Positions 36,201 to 48,400 of a stretch of 64,000 nucleotides of DNA are shown here, piece after piece (the first letter of the stretch is position 1; each line of letters starts with the position of its first letter). The DNA lies in assembly GCA_004431415.1 (NCBI GenBank), contig QPMI01000217.1:1-64000 (forward strand), in the 5' to 3' direction. The stretch is from Cyanophora paradoxa CCMP329. Lineage: Eukaryota > Plantae > Glaucophyta. Both the position numbers and the translations under genes were made by a program. The notes under the pieces are model-generated. The model did no database searches. It was not told where the DNA came from and saw nothing but the letters and a program-made list of their open reading frames with translations.

Positions 36201-39200
36201 CCCACCCGACGCCTACCGTAGTACGAGCGCGCCTGCCCCGGGTGACCTCGCCGGGGCAAGCATACGCAGACGACACCGTACTTATTAGCGGTACAGCCCG
36301 GGGCATCCAGCTGCACGCAGACCTGGCCTCTGAATTCTTCTGGATACATGATATTGCCCTCAACGCGAAGAAAACCGAATTTACGTACAACAACGTCTCC
36401 CCACGCCCGTCTGCCCCGCTACTAGGCCCGCCCGATGCTAAAGAACCGGCCGACAAAGTCCTTGCGCCGAACAAACCATTCAAGGTGCTCGGGGTCTGGA
36501 TGACAGCAAATCTGGACTGGCGGCGGCAATTTGAGGCTGTATACTCAACAGCTCGGGCAGCCTGCGCGATACTAAGGCGTAAGAAACTCACCGCAAAGAG
36601 ACGATATACATAGTAAATAGCGTCCTTCTCCCTCGCATCACTTACGCCTGCAAGATTGTTTCCTTTACCGAGAGACAATGTGCCCAGCTCGACACTCTCT
36701 GGATGACGCTCACTAAACATCATGCCCGCCTTAGGGGGTCCACGCCCAACGCGCTCATGTGGAGCCGAGGCTTCTACGGCCTCAAGAGAACGGAGGACGA
36801 ACAGCTGGCCATTCACGTGCTCGATGAAACCATCCGCACGAACCACCCCCTGCTTCTCCCGTATACCATGCACCGCATTTTCGCAGCGCAGGAGCAACTG
36901 GGGCTTCCCCTTCCGCCATACTGCTACCCCAATTTACAGCTGGGCCCCGCAGCTTACAGAGACAATTTTGCACTAGCTGTAGCGCGAAATCTGACCCGCG
37001 CCGGCTACAAACTCGACTCAGGCAAGGACTATCTCGTTCCGGCCCTGCCTCACCCGCAGCTCGAACGCCGCTTTGTGCTCACAACACTGCTCCCCCCGCG
37101 CCTCCTGCGTGAGGCTGCACCATTCCTTTGGCGCCACGATATCCTCACAGCTGCTGAAGTCACGGGGCCCGACGGCGTCAGTGTGCTCGACTGGATTAGC
37201 TTATGGGGCAGCGGGAAAATTAAACAGCGACTCAATAGACCTCCCTCCTGGTTCCCGTCGTTCACCCGAGCAATATGTCAGCCCGTCGGCCCGCGCGCCA
37301 TCCCCCGTCGTCTCCGCTTCCCCATGCACCTGCAGCCTGCGCAAAATCCGGCTGCTGCCCAACGTACCCTTCTTGAAGCCGGCCTGCTCTCTCCCCAGTA
37401 CAAAGTCGGCGGCCTCGTTTGGACAACGGAAGCGTATCTAGGACGCATCTGCAATATCCGGCGGACAACTGACGCTGACGACGGCAGAGAACGCGTCCTA
37501 GTTGAGCTCGAACACTGGGTCCGCCGAGACAAAGGCCAGGACGACCGAGAGGACCACATATATGACACCACCGGCGAACCCGTCTCCTTCTTCCGCTGCA
37601 TAATGGATCCCAAAGAATGCGACAGCCGCTTCACAGCGAAAACGCCGGAAGCAGAGGCTCTCCGCCGCGCATGTGACCACTCAGACCCGGCCTCCCAACG
37701 GTGCCGCTGGACCGAAGACACAGCCTACATCTACCCCGCCCGACTTCAGAGCCTGGTCCCCGAGTCGCGGTCAGGCCGTGTCGCCGAGCATGCTCGCATT
37801 TTCCTTGAAGATAAAATAACGTGGTGGCCCGAGTTCCGCGACACTCATTTCCTCCCCCCGTGGGAACAGGACTGGAATTATGATCCAGATGATCACGAGG
37901 CGCCCCAGCGGCCAGACGGAGTCGCCGCTCGCGACCCTGGGACCGTCCCCCCGCCGACAGCGCCTCGGGCCTACCCCCAACGCCGACAGTTGAGCGACTT
38001 CTGCATCCCATCGTCAGAGTATGCTGACCCATTTTGGAACCTGATTGCCGCGGAGCTCGGCCGCACCTCCCTCCCGCTTGACCGCGAGGGCCGACTCGCA
38101 GCCACGGATGCCAGTACCATGGACGCTGCCTCAGAAGCTGCACTCACGGCCTACGCTGGCGTCTGGCCCCGTGAGAGCAACCCGGCCTCACTAGCTGACG
38201 AAGCTGCCCGCACGCAGCGAGGGATAGCCCTCCGTCAACAAATTCACGCACTAGCTGACCGGCTGGGCACAACCGGCGTCGATACTGACCAGATGGCGAA
38301 ACTTCGCGGCCTTGCAGACGCCATCCCGACCGACGGCAGCGACTTTTTCGTGGCCCCGTGTCCTGGCACAGTGAACAATAACAAAGGCGAGCTCCTCGCC
38401 GTCCTGTCCGCCCTGCTGCTCTCTCCCGAAGGCTGCACAGTGAAAACTGACAGCTTCACTGCAATGGCGGACTATTCCAAGTACGTCTCGCATCGCGCCA
38501 CCGCCACTCTTCGCAGCTGCATTCGAGCCTCGTACTCCCATCACCTTAAAGCGTATGCTGAGGTGCAGTGCATCCGGCTTGCACTAGCAAGGGCCGTGGC
38601 ACCCGACAGAATGCTATACGAAGAACGTCTTGTCAAAGTCAAAGCCCACCAGAAAGAATATATAACTCGGCGCCGCCCGCGCCCGGCTGCCGCCCCCGCT
38701 GAAATGGCCGACCACGACTCGGAATCAGACGCAGACTCATACGAATCCTACCTCTCTGACCGAGACCCGGTCGCTCCCGAACCTACGGAGGCGGAACTGA
38801 TAGCTCAATATGGCCCTGGCACGGGAGTATACGAAGGGCGCGCGAACCCGCTAACCGGCGCCTACAACTATATCTCCGAGCACCTCCGCGCGGGCACTGC
38901 CCACATCCACCGTCGGAACGCCCGCCGAGCCGTCCACCAAATGCAGCAAGCGTCTCGTGCCTCCAGGCGAGCAGAACGACAGAGGCGGCGCGAAGCCCGG
39001 GCTGCGCTAGGTCAGCATACACCAGGACTACCAAGCCTGCCCCTGCTGGTGGAAGAAGAACGGGTTCCAAACCGTGCATTTGATCGGGACAACGCACGAG
39101 CCGACCGCCTCGCCGCTGCGGCACTGGCTCTGCACCCCAGCGCAGACCTCTCCCGGCAGGCACTCGACGGCCGGGAACTTTCCTCCTGGGCTGACCCTGA

Positions 39201-42200
39201 GGAAGCAGCCTGGCAATCTGACCCGAAGACCCGTCCCGGCCGCAACAGTTGCATCAAAACGCGCGTGGCACGCCCGCGGGAACCGGTCTTTCCCCTGGCG
39301 GATTTGACATGGTCCTACTCTTTTCGCCCCCGCGCTGCTGGAACGAGAACTACGACACTCGTAGAGTTTACAGAGTTGAGTCTGACCCGCGAGCACACGT
39401 AAAAAATACGTGCGAATTTCGGAACTTCTCCCGTCTCCTTGCAACCGAAAAATGCCATTTGGGCAGTCCGGTAGACCGTGCGCGCCTCGCCCGCGAATAC
39501 CGCAAGAAAGGGCTCTCCCGCGATGCATCGCACCCCCTGAATGCGAGGCTTGCTCAAATCACGAAATTCAGCTTCGGACTTGCACCCCTCATGCGTGAAC
39601 GTGCCCGGGACGCCCCCCATCTCTACAGTGCAATAAATTCAAATGGACTCTGTGTTCGCGCAGGCTGCGCGTCCGTGCTAGGCCCAGACGGCCGGCCCAC
39701 CCCAGCCCCGCCATGGCAGCCGCCTGCGTCTGACCCCGAGGAAGACGGTGGGAGTCGGAACGGCCCCAACGGCGACGGCACCCCGGCCGCACGAGACGCA
39801 CGCCAGGCACCGCGGCCCCCCCCTATCGTTAGCGGGACGCCTGAAACCCACGACCATGCCTTTGGTCTCTGCCCAGCAACACGCACCCTCCGTATCGAAA
39901 CCCAAACTAAGATATTCAACCTATTGTACGAAACCATATCGTCTCAACGCCTAAAAACTGCAGTCGATGCGGCAGCAGCTGGCGACCCAGCCTACAAGCT
40001 ACCCCCGGCCCTGCGCCAGGACGGACTGTTGCTGCGCCAACTGTTCCCGGCCTTTGCACTGGCTGACGATGCAAACTGGGGATGGTCAGAGCGTCAGCGC
40101 CAACGGCCGGGCCCCCTTCCTTCGCACCTCACGCAGCCACTCTATGGCCTGCCCTATCAGTGGCAAAGCCTCGGCAGCAAACTCTTCGCCGACCTTGCCT
40201 GCGATTCTCCCCGCCACACCGTCAGGCTCCTCCTTCCTCGTAGCCTCATCCCTGCCCTGATTTACTTAGATGTACGTAGACCGGCGGCGCTTAAATGCGC
40301 CAACGCAATTATGGCCACCATCATAGACTACACCCAAGCAATCTGGAAGGCTCGCAATAGCGAAGTCCAGTCCTGGCAACGCCGACACGGGATTACTCGC
40401 CGCCAAACTCATGCACCTCGACCCTCGCGCCCTGCCGAGCCCTCACCGGCGAGGTCGATGACAGCCAGGATTAGGGATGAGCCCACGAGCCCCTCGACCG
40501 TGGTGGCCCCGGCCCCGCGTCGACGGATACGTATACCCAACGGCCAGCTCACCCTCTCATCAGACCTACAATTAGTCAGCCAGTCGCGCCGCTCTCGAAC
40601 CCGCGCTGCTCCCCCAGCACCGTGGCCGGCCACGGCCCCCCCTACAACAGCGATACCCGCAACGCCAGTGCCCCCTACCACCGCCCCGAGCTCGAGCCCG
40701 AGACCTAGACCTGTAGCTAGGCCGGCAGCTGCTAACAGCATCACCAATATTAATGCCAGTAATGCAGGGTGGCCGGCTCCGCCGTCCCCACCTGCATTAC
40801 GTGCCGCCTGGGCCCAAGTACGCCGCTCCCCTACCCGCGCTCTACCCAACAGTGCAGTCCGAGAGCTCCCGGCAGCCCGCAGCGGCCCCGCTGCACTGTT
40901 TGGCAGTGCCTCCGTATCGCTCCATGACCTAGCCACGCTGAACGGCTCGTCCTGGGTGAATGCCGACGTCATCAACTACCACCTTGCCCGACTAAACCTT
41001 CTTGCGAGCGGAGAAATTAACCCTCGCCGACGCGTCTTACTTTTCCCGCATACTTTCTACGCCGCTATTCCCCAGACAATAACGCCGGCGGGCAGCGCCC
41101 GCCTGCGCCGTCGCACCGCTGGGCGCGGAATTAATGTCTTTGACTATGACCTATTACTCTTCCCTATCCACACCCCGGGCCACTGGATCCTTGCAGCCCT
41201 CCATCTCCGTGCTCGCCGTGCTGAACTATACGATGGATACAATCTCCCGGGCCCCGAAGAGGCCCGCCGTCAACTCCTGACCCTCCTAAAATGGCTCAAC
41301 ATGGAGCGCGAATGCGCAGCCCTAGGCTCCTCGACCGGCGCCGACGACGCCCTCACCTGGCCCCTCCCCTCAGCCACCCGATTCTCCATCCCGGCCCAAA
41401 ACGATCGCTTCAACTGCGGGATTTTCGTCTGTGCCTTCGCCGAAATACTTGTCCGTGCTCTGGAACATGACCCCACGGCCTACACGCCCTCCTTCACGGG
41501 CACTGTGTCTAACTGCGCCACCTGGCGCGGCCTCATTCTTTCTCGGATTCTAGGCTCGCAGGCCTTGGATACGGAGGCGCCCACGAGCACCGCCTCCCAG
41601 CCCGAGCAGCCCCGGGCAATACTGGTGGCTGCGCTGGCCCCGGGAGAACTGCCACGGGATGCCCCCCTCAGCTGCCGGTGCGGTTACGCTGCTGCCTCCC
41701 CCGAAGCCCTGGCGCAGCACAAACGCAAAGGAAAATGTACCGCTGCAGTGTCGCCCCCCAAAACCAGCGAGACAGACCGCGCCCCCCAAGACGAAGCCAT
41801 TGCAGGCCCATCCAGGCCCAAAATAGTCACGCCCGCACCGGAACCCCAATACCGGCCCCCGCTGAGCGCGCAGCCTACCCCTAGGCCTGCGGCCCGGAAC
41901 TCGCGAGCAGACATCCGCACCTTCTTCCAACCCCGCCCGCGCCCGTCGGCCGTCAGCGACACCTCTATAGCTAGGCCTGCAGCTAACCCGACCTCCACGA
42001 CGCCCCCCAGGCTGAGCTCGAGCTCACCTACAGACAGGCCCCAGAGTCCAAAGGACAGTCCGCCAACGCAAGTGCCCCCGCCTGACACACCAGTGGCACA
42101 AGCCGACGGCACGGCAACAGTGCGGACGCGACGCCCGCGCCTCCTTCGAGAAATTCAAGAGTCGGCGGGATTCCGTGCAGCCCGAGGCAATAATCCCGGA

Positions 42201-42587
42201 CCCGGACCTCGCCCCCGCAGATCTAGAACAGCTGCAGCAGCTTCCGTCACCCCTGCTGCTGCTCACGGTCACGCCCAGCGGCGGGATGGAGCGTCGTCCG
42301 CAGCCGCATCAGCTGTGCCCGAGCCTCTTCCCGAACCTCAAGACCGGCCTCCCCACAAGACCGGCCGCCGCCCCGCCCTCCCACCGAAGAGGCCCGGCCC
42401 TCACCCCAGCCTCCTCCCCCGCACCCCCCTCCTCCACCCTTCCTCTTCTCGAAACGGGCTCTCCAGCTCCACCCTCCCCATCTCGCCCCTCCAGCAACCT
42501 GTCCCATCTGTTTTCTGTCGCTCCACCGACACCGCCACCTCCACCGCCTTCCACGCCCGCTCCTCTGTCCTGCACGGGAACACGTGA
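33292..42587 (+). CDS. LINE polyprotein (~3100 aa after 4 single-base frame corrections): APE endonuclease - RT - RNase H - Zn knuckle - Ulp1/C48 protease - Zn finger
   Basis: APE: ATWNA, SVYLP, LLGDLN, RLDYI, SDHFP (33460-34350). RT: AAGPSG, RPITLQE, LDIRRAYDSV, GLPQGGTESP, AYADD, FKVLGVW (35390-36520). RNase H: ATDAS, KGELLAV, KTDS, KVKAH, NARADRLA (38100-39120). Zn knuckle CVRAGC..ETHDHAFGLC and IWKARN. Ulp1: WVNADVIN, FY, FPIH..GHW, YD, QNDRFNCG (40915-41550). Start codon is uncertain. Confidence 0.9.
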
Positions 42588-42922
42588 GGTACCACCGCGG
42601 AGATCTCCTCCTCTCTCTTCTCATCTTTGGGATCTCGCCGCTTGGCTTTAAACCCTGAGCCTGCCAGCCAACAATCTCCCGGCCCCAGCCCCCTGCCACC
42701 TCTCTACCCCACCCCATCGTGACCGGCCCTGGCCCGTCGCGGGGGGGAGGCTCCGAGAGAGCCGCCTCAAGGGTAGAGGGGGCGGGGCTCGCAATAGGGT
42801 ATAGCCCTTGGGGCGCCTAGTCGGAGACCCAATAGTGGGGAGTAGACTAGGCTAAAGTATATTAGTTGGCCTAGGGTAGACCTAGGCCTAGGGTAGACAG
42901 AAAACGATGTTTTTTGTGTACC

Positions 42923-42967
42923 AGGGGCTCTGTCCCCTAATAAACTACGGAAAACTAAAAAAAAAAA
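42923..42967 (+). terminator. LINE 3' end: short stem-loop, AATAAA and poly(A)
   Basis: AGGGG-CTCTGT-CCCCT hairpin (42923-42938), AATAAA (42939-42944) and A11 (42957-42967) directly abutting the right duplication. Confidence 0.75.
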
Positions 42968-43275
42968 TCCGGTCCTTTTTTCCGCGCAGCATTCCGCTCT
43001 TTCCGGGTTCTGACAACGAATTCCGGGCTATGATGCATGCACTAACACGTGGTTAAGAGCTCGGAGCTGGATCGGGAGATGAGCAGACTCGTCATTTTGT
43101 AAGTTACCGAAAACGGGGGCCCTACCCCGTTTCCAATTAAGGAGAACAAACTTGAAATCACAAATCAAAGATACAGCAGACTATCACAAATCACATTATA
43201 TAATTATCAAGCTTAAGAAGGATATATATATATATCGAACACGAGAAGGGACATGATCATACTATGATCATGATA
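42968..43275 (+). repeat. 308-bp direct duplication, right copy
   Basis: Same length and sequence as 27001-27308. It begins immediately after the poly(A). Confidence 0.95.
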
Positions 43276-45401
43276 AGAACGCAAAAGACTCTGAGATAAG
43301 GAGAACGAGCACGAGGAGACTCTGAGAATTCGAAGTAGTAGAAGAGCTCAAGGGCATCGACACAGCAGTACTAGTCACACTAGAACGACGAGGAGCACGG
43401 GGACGTAGCTATAGCAAATAAGGAGAATTAACGTTAACGAGCTCGCGATCGAGCACGAGAAACTACAGTCGAATATCCAGCCAGATCTAGAATTCAAATT
43501 AAAATTTAAAGACACGACAGCCTGGCAGAGCTAGTCGCACTAAAGCTAGCTACAGCTCGAGCGCAGGTGAATTCGAATATTCAGTGCATATGATTGATCT
43601 GCAGCTGCGCGCGAATCTGCATATGCATACGCGAATATGAACGTTAACGTTTTACCGCGCACGCGTAAATATACGTACTACGGTACGTATACGTATATAT
43701 ACGCGTACGTATACGCTGCAGCTGCAGCTGCGATTCTGCAGCTGCGCGCACGCGATTGCGATGCGCACGTGAAGTTGAATTGCCAAGTTGAGGGAACTTC
43801 GGACGCTCAAGGTTCATCCTTCAAGGCTTCCGATGATAAATTTTGCAAAAAGCACGATTAGGATTGTAATATACTAAGTTATAACTTATTACTTATGACG
43901 CATGCGGACACCCGTAAAAAAACTCAGTTCTCACGGAACGGTCGAGCCAAAAATCCTCGGTAGTTTGATTGAGGTCAGAAAACTTACCTTAGGGTTGTGT
44001 TAACGCATATGAGAACACAGTGTGGCATAGTCGACGTCGGAAGTCCGACCGTCGGACGGTCGACGTCCGACGTTGCGACGGGCGACTCCCGGACCCGGGA
44101 GTCCGTTCAGCGACTCCGGAGTCCGCGTGCGTTAACCGTGAACGTTGCTGCACCGTACTACTTTTAGTACGGTACGCCACCGTACTACGGTACGCGCCGG
44201 CGCGTGGCGCCGCAGTACCGTGGTACTACCGGTAGTACTGACTCCGAACTTAAGAGTCCGAAGTTCGAGTCCGAACACGGTCTGCTGCACATGTACAGCG
44301 GCACTACAGCCACTGAGCCTGCATGGCAGAGCGTTTGGCCCAGACTCCGCCGCCCAGTGGCCCGGCGGCGGCGGGGCGCCGGCCCGGCGGCCGGCGCCGG
44401 CGCCTCTAATATGGCATGCTATAGCGCTAGGCTAAATAATACTGTAGAACTAGAAATATTAAGTGGGCTGCATATTTATAGTACTTAAAAAGTTTTGGGC
44501 AATTTCCTAAATATTACACGCCCCCACAGTGCTGGTAGACTAGAGGCTGTGGCCGGTAATTCACCAAAAAAAACATTTCGTAAATATTTCTCGCCTGCTA
44601 AAGCCGAGATTTCTCAGGGGTACTCCTTTCTTCGCCATACAAAAGCCCTGCGAAGACCGACCTACCAATAGCTAAAAAAAAGCTTAGGGCCGCGGGGATG
44701 AACCGGCATAAGCGAAGACCGACCTACCGTAGTACCAATGCTACCAAAGCCTACCATTGCTACCAATAGCTAAAAAAAAGCTTAGGGCCGCGGCCCGCGG
44801 GGCTGAACCGGTATACATGCTAGTACTGGCCGCCGGACCGCGGCCCGGCGGGCCCGCTAGCGCGCGGCCCGGCTGAACCGGTGAAAAGCGGCCGCCGGGC
44901 CGCGGCAAGTTCACTAGCCTAGTACCGTAGCTGGCCCTGCTAGCCTGGCAGTGGCAACTAGTATAAACCAATAGGCTAGCTATTAATTTGCGATCGCGAG
45001 GACGTCGACGTTCCGGGCAACTTCCGGCCCCATTACACCGAAATCTGACGGACGACTCCGAAAGCTAGCGCCCGATAGGCCAGCTTGACGTCATTGAACG
45101 GTTAGAAAAAAGCGAATTCGACAAGGCAATTTCGAAAGCAACTTCGTCATGATCAGAGATGGTTAATTAGGCCAGCTCCGCGAGGTTCGTCACCTGTTTT
45201 TTACCGGCAAAGTCCCCCGGCGACTAGTGTAAAACAAATTACAAAGTGGTCCGGTTAGACTCCGGTAAGTATATACGTATATATATATACCGGCCAACGC
45301 GCGTTCAAGAATGGGGGGGGGGGGGGGGGCTTGCCCCCCTGCTTGTAAATTTTGCAAAAAAAAAGCCGATCATGATCACAAGTGCGCCGGCGTGCGCTGG
45401 G

Positions 45402-48400
45402 CTACGTGCCGGCGTCGGCGTCGGCGGCGAGGAGGCGGAGCTCGAGGCAGTGGAGGCGGTCGTCCCGGCACCCGACCACCACGCGCACCGCCCCCGGTCC
45501 CCCCGCCCCCGCCCCCGCCCCGGCCTTGGCCCCGGCCCCGGCACCGGCACCGGCCGCGGCCCCGGCCCGGCACCGGCCCCGGCGGCCGGGACGTCGACGG
45601 CGACGGGGGAGGAGAAGGCGGGGGCGGGGAGGGCGGCCTCGGCGAGCAGGGCCCCGCCCCACGCGCACACCGCCGCCACGCGCCCCGCCGAGGCCGCCGC
45701 CAGCACCACCGGCCACGCCCGCCCGCGGGGCGCGCGAAGGCGACGAAGAAGGGCGACGCGAAGACCGGCGAGCCCAGCGGCGCCCGCCAGAGCTCCTGCG
45801 CATGCGCGCCGGTTGGGCTCAGCGGGGGCGGGGGGGGGCGGGCGGGGCGGGGCGGACGCGGCCGGAGCGGGCGCAGAGGCAGTGGAGGGCGCCGTCGTGG
45901 GCCCCCACAAAGGCCCGGTCCGCTAGGGGTACCCCCTCGTCCCCGCGGGGGCGGCCCGCAGGCGGCCGCCTCCTCGCCCCGGGGATGCAGACGCTCGAGA
46001 AGATCGGGCCCCGAGGCGCGCCTCCCACACCTGCACGGGGCGCCGGGCCCGGGGCGTCATGGGAGGGCGCGGGCGGGCGGGGCGAGGCGGGGGGAGCGGA
46101 CGGTGGCGCCGGTGGCGGGGTGGAGGGCGGTGAGGGAGCCGTCGGCGGCGGGGCGAGGAGGGCCCCCGTCGGCCCGTGCACCGCCGGCGACCCGAAGGCC
46201 GGCCCCGGCAGCCGCGCCGCCCACAGCGCCCGCACCGGCGCCTCAGGTTCGCCGCCCCCGGGGCGGGCGGGCCCGGGGGTACGGGAGGAGCTGGAAGGCG
46301 CGGACGAGGCCGCGCTGGTCGGCCGCGTAGAGCGCCCTGCGCATGCGGGGGCGGACTCAGCGCGGGAGGGGGTACGGGACGGGGCGGGCGGGGTACGGGG
46401 CGCCTCCGGGCGGGGTCGATGGCGGGGAGGCGACGACGGCGGCCGGCGGCTCGGGCGCCGGCACGCGCCCGCCAGCGCGGGGGCCCCGGGGTCCAGCGCG
46501 AGCAGGCCGCCGTCCCCGGCCCCCAGCCACAGCAGGCCCGTCCCCGCGTCCACCGTCGCCCCGCTCTTGATCTGCGCGGGCGCCCGGCGCTGAACTGATG
46601 AGCGGCCCGCCTCGGAGGAGGAGGGGCGGGGCGGGAGGCCTAAGGGGCGGGCCGGCTCGCCTGGACGCCGGTGGGGAGGTGGAGGAGGCGGCGGCCGTCG
46701 CGGGCGTCGAGGACGAGCAGCGCCCCCCGCAGCGTCCCCAGCGCGAGGCGCGCCCCGTCCGCCGAGAGGGCGGGGGCGCCTCCACCCGCCCCCGCACCCG
46801 CCGCTCCCAGTGCACCTGCGCACGCGCGCCGCCCGCGCGTCAGCAGAAGGGGGGAGAAGGAGGGGCCGGGGGCGGGGCGGACGCGGCCGGTGGCGAGGTC
46901 GGCGGCGAGGAGGCGGTGGCCGTGGCAGCCGGCGTAGGCCGTCGCCGCCCCGCCCGCCCGCACCGCCACCAGCGCGCTCCCGTCCACGCACTTCGCCAGC
47001 CGCGCCGCCCACGCCCCCGCCAGCCCCAGCCGCGGCGGCCCGGGGCTCGGCGGCCCCGCGTCGGGCGGGGGCGGGGCCGGGGCCGGGGGCGGCGGGGGGC
47101 GATGCCGGGCCCGGCGCCGGCGCGGGTGCGAGCGTAGAGGAGCGGCCCCGCCGGCGCGTCCCCTCGCCGGGCGCCTCGGCCGCCTCGTCGCCCTCCGACT
47201 CGGGCGACGGCGACCGCGCCGTCCGCCGCGGCCCCTCCGACGAGGGGCCCGGCACGGGGCCGGCGCCGGGCGAAGGGGCCGGCGAGGCGGCGCGGGGCTC
47301 GGGGAGGCGGGCCGGGAGGAGGGGCGGGGCCGGCGGCGGCAGCGAGGCGGGCGGCGGCGGCGGCGAAGGCGGAGAAGGGCGAGTGGAAGAGGGCGTCGAG
47401 CAACTCCTGCGGGGCGCGTCAGGCGGGAGGGATAAGGGCCGGGGGCGGGGCGGGGCGGGGCGGGCCTGGCGGGGGCGGGGGCGGGGCGCGGGGCGGGGCG
47501 GGGGCGATACGGGCGAGGACGGCGGCGACGAGGCGGGCGGCGGCGAGGGAGGTGCCCCGGCCTCCACGAAGAAGTCTCCCTCCTCCGGGCCCGCCAGCCG
47601 CCGCCGCACCTGCCTCGCTATCAGTCAGCGCCCGATCGGCTGGAGCGGGTGGAAGGGTTTGATGTGGGCGCACGCGGCGGCGGGGGTCCTCGGGTCGGGC
47701 CCCGCCGCGTCGGCGAGCGCCGCCGCCCACTGCGCCCGCAGCCAACCCGCCAGCGCCTCCTCCGCCCGGCCCCGCCCCGGCCCCGCGGGGAGGACGGGCG
47801 GCGCGCGCGGGGGCGCCGGCAGCGCCGCCTCGCCCCGCGCCGCCCGCCGCAGCAGCTCTACGTCCACCTGCCGCCCCGTACCCCTCTCAGCCCTCGGCCC
47901 GGCCCCTCCCTCTCCTCGCCTCTCGAGGGGCGCGCGCCTTGCCGTTGCGATTGACGGGGAGGGCGGCGACGCAGCGGAGGACCTCCGGCACGCCCGCCTC
48001 GCCCGCCCCCGCCGCCCCGCCGCCCGCCGCGCCGCAGCGAGGAGCTCCTCCTCGGGCGGGGCGCCGGGGCCCGGGACGAGGAAGGCGGCGAGGAAGGGGG
48101 CCCCGTCCCGCGCCGCCGCCACCACCCTGCCGCCCCGCCCGCCGTCAGCAGGGAAGAGCGGCGCAAAGAGGAAGGGGAGAGGGGAGCGGGCGCGCCGGGC
48201 GGCGGCGGCGTGGGGGAGGGCCTCGAGGGCCGCCTGCACCTCCTCCAGCCGCACCCGCTGCCCCAGCACCTGCCCCGGCCCGAAGGGAGGTCAGCCGCCA
48301 GCGTCCCCGCCCCCGGCCCCGGGGGGCCCGGGCGAGGGGACCTTGACGAGGTTGTCGGCGCGGCCCTCGAAGAGCAGCCGCCCGTCGGCCGCGAGGCGCG

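Larger units (their letters stand above)
27309..42967 (+). mobile_element. ~15.7-kb non-LTR retrotransposon (APE + RT + RNase H type, Proto1-like), with 5' monomer array, Ulp1 protease and poly(A) tail
   Basis: Bounded exactly by the 308-bp duplication. Contains the APE/RT/RNase H/Zn-knuckle/Ulp1 coding region and ends AATAAA..A11. Intronless and lower in GC than host genes. Confidence 0.92.

Noticed and set aside
34980-39300. Programmed -1 ribosomal frameshifting in the polyprotein
   Set aside because: There are no XXXYYYZ slippery heptamers. Breaks fall inside conserved regions and resemble the indels seen in host genes, so sequencing error is simpler.
39600-40400. Second (RLE, PD-D/ExK) endonuclease as in Dualen
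   Set aside because: No RHN or PD..D/ExK motif follows the Zn knuckle; the region ends in the IWxxRN motif instead.
27001-43275. 308-bp repeats as LTRs of an LTR retrotransposon
   Set aside because: There are no TG..CA ends, PBS/PPT, integrase or aspartic protease. The RT is LINE-type (APE, YADD) and poly(A) abuts the right copy.
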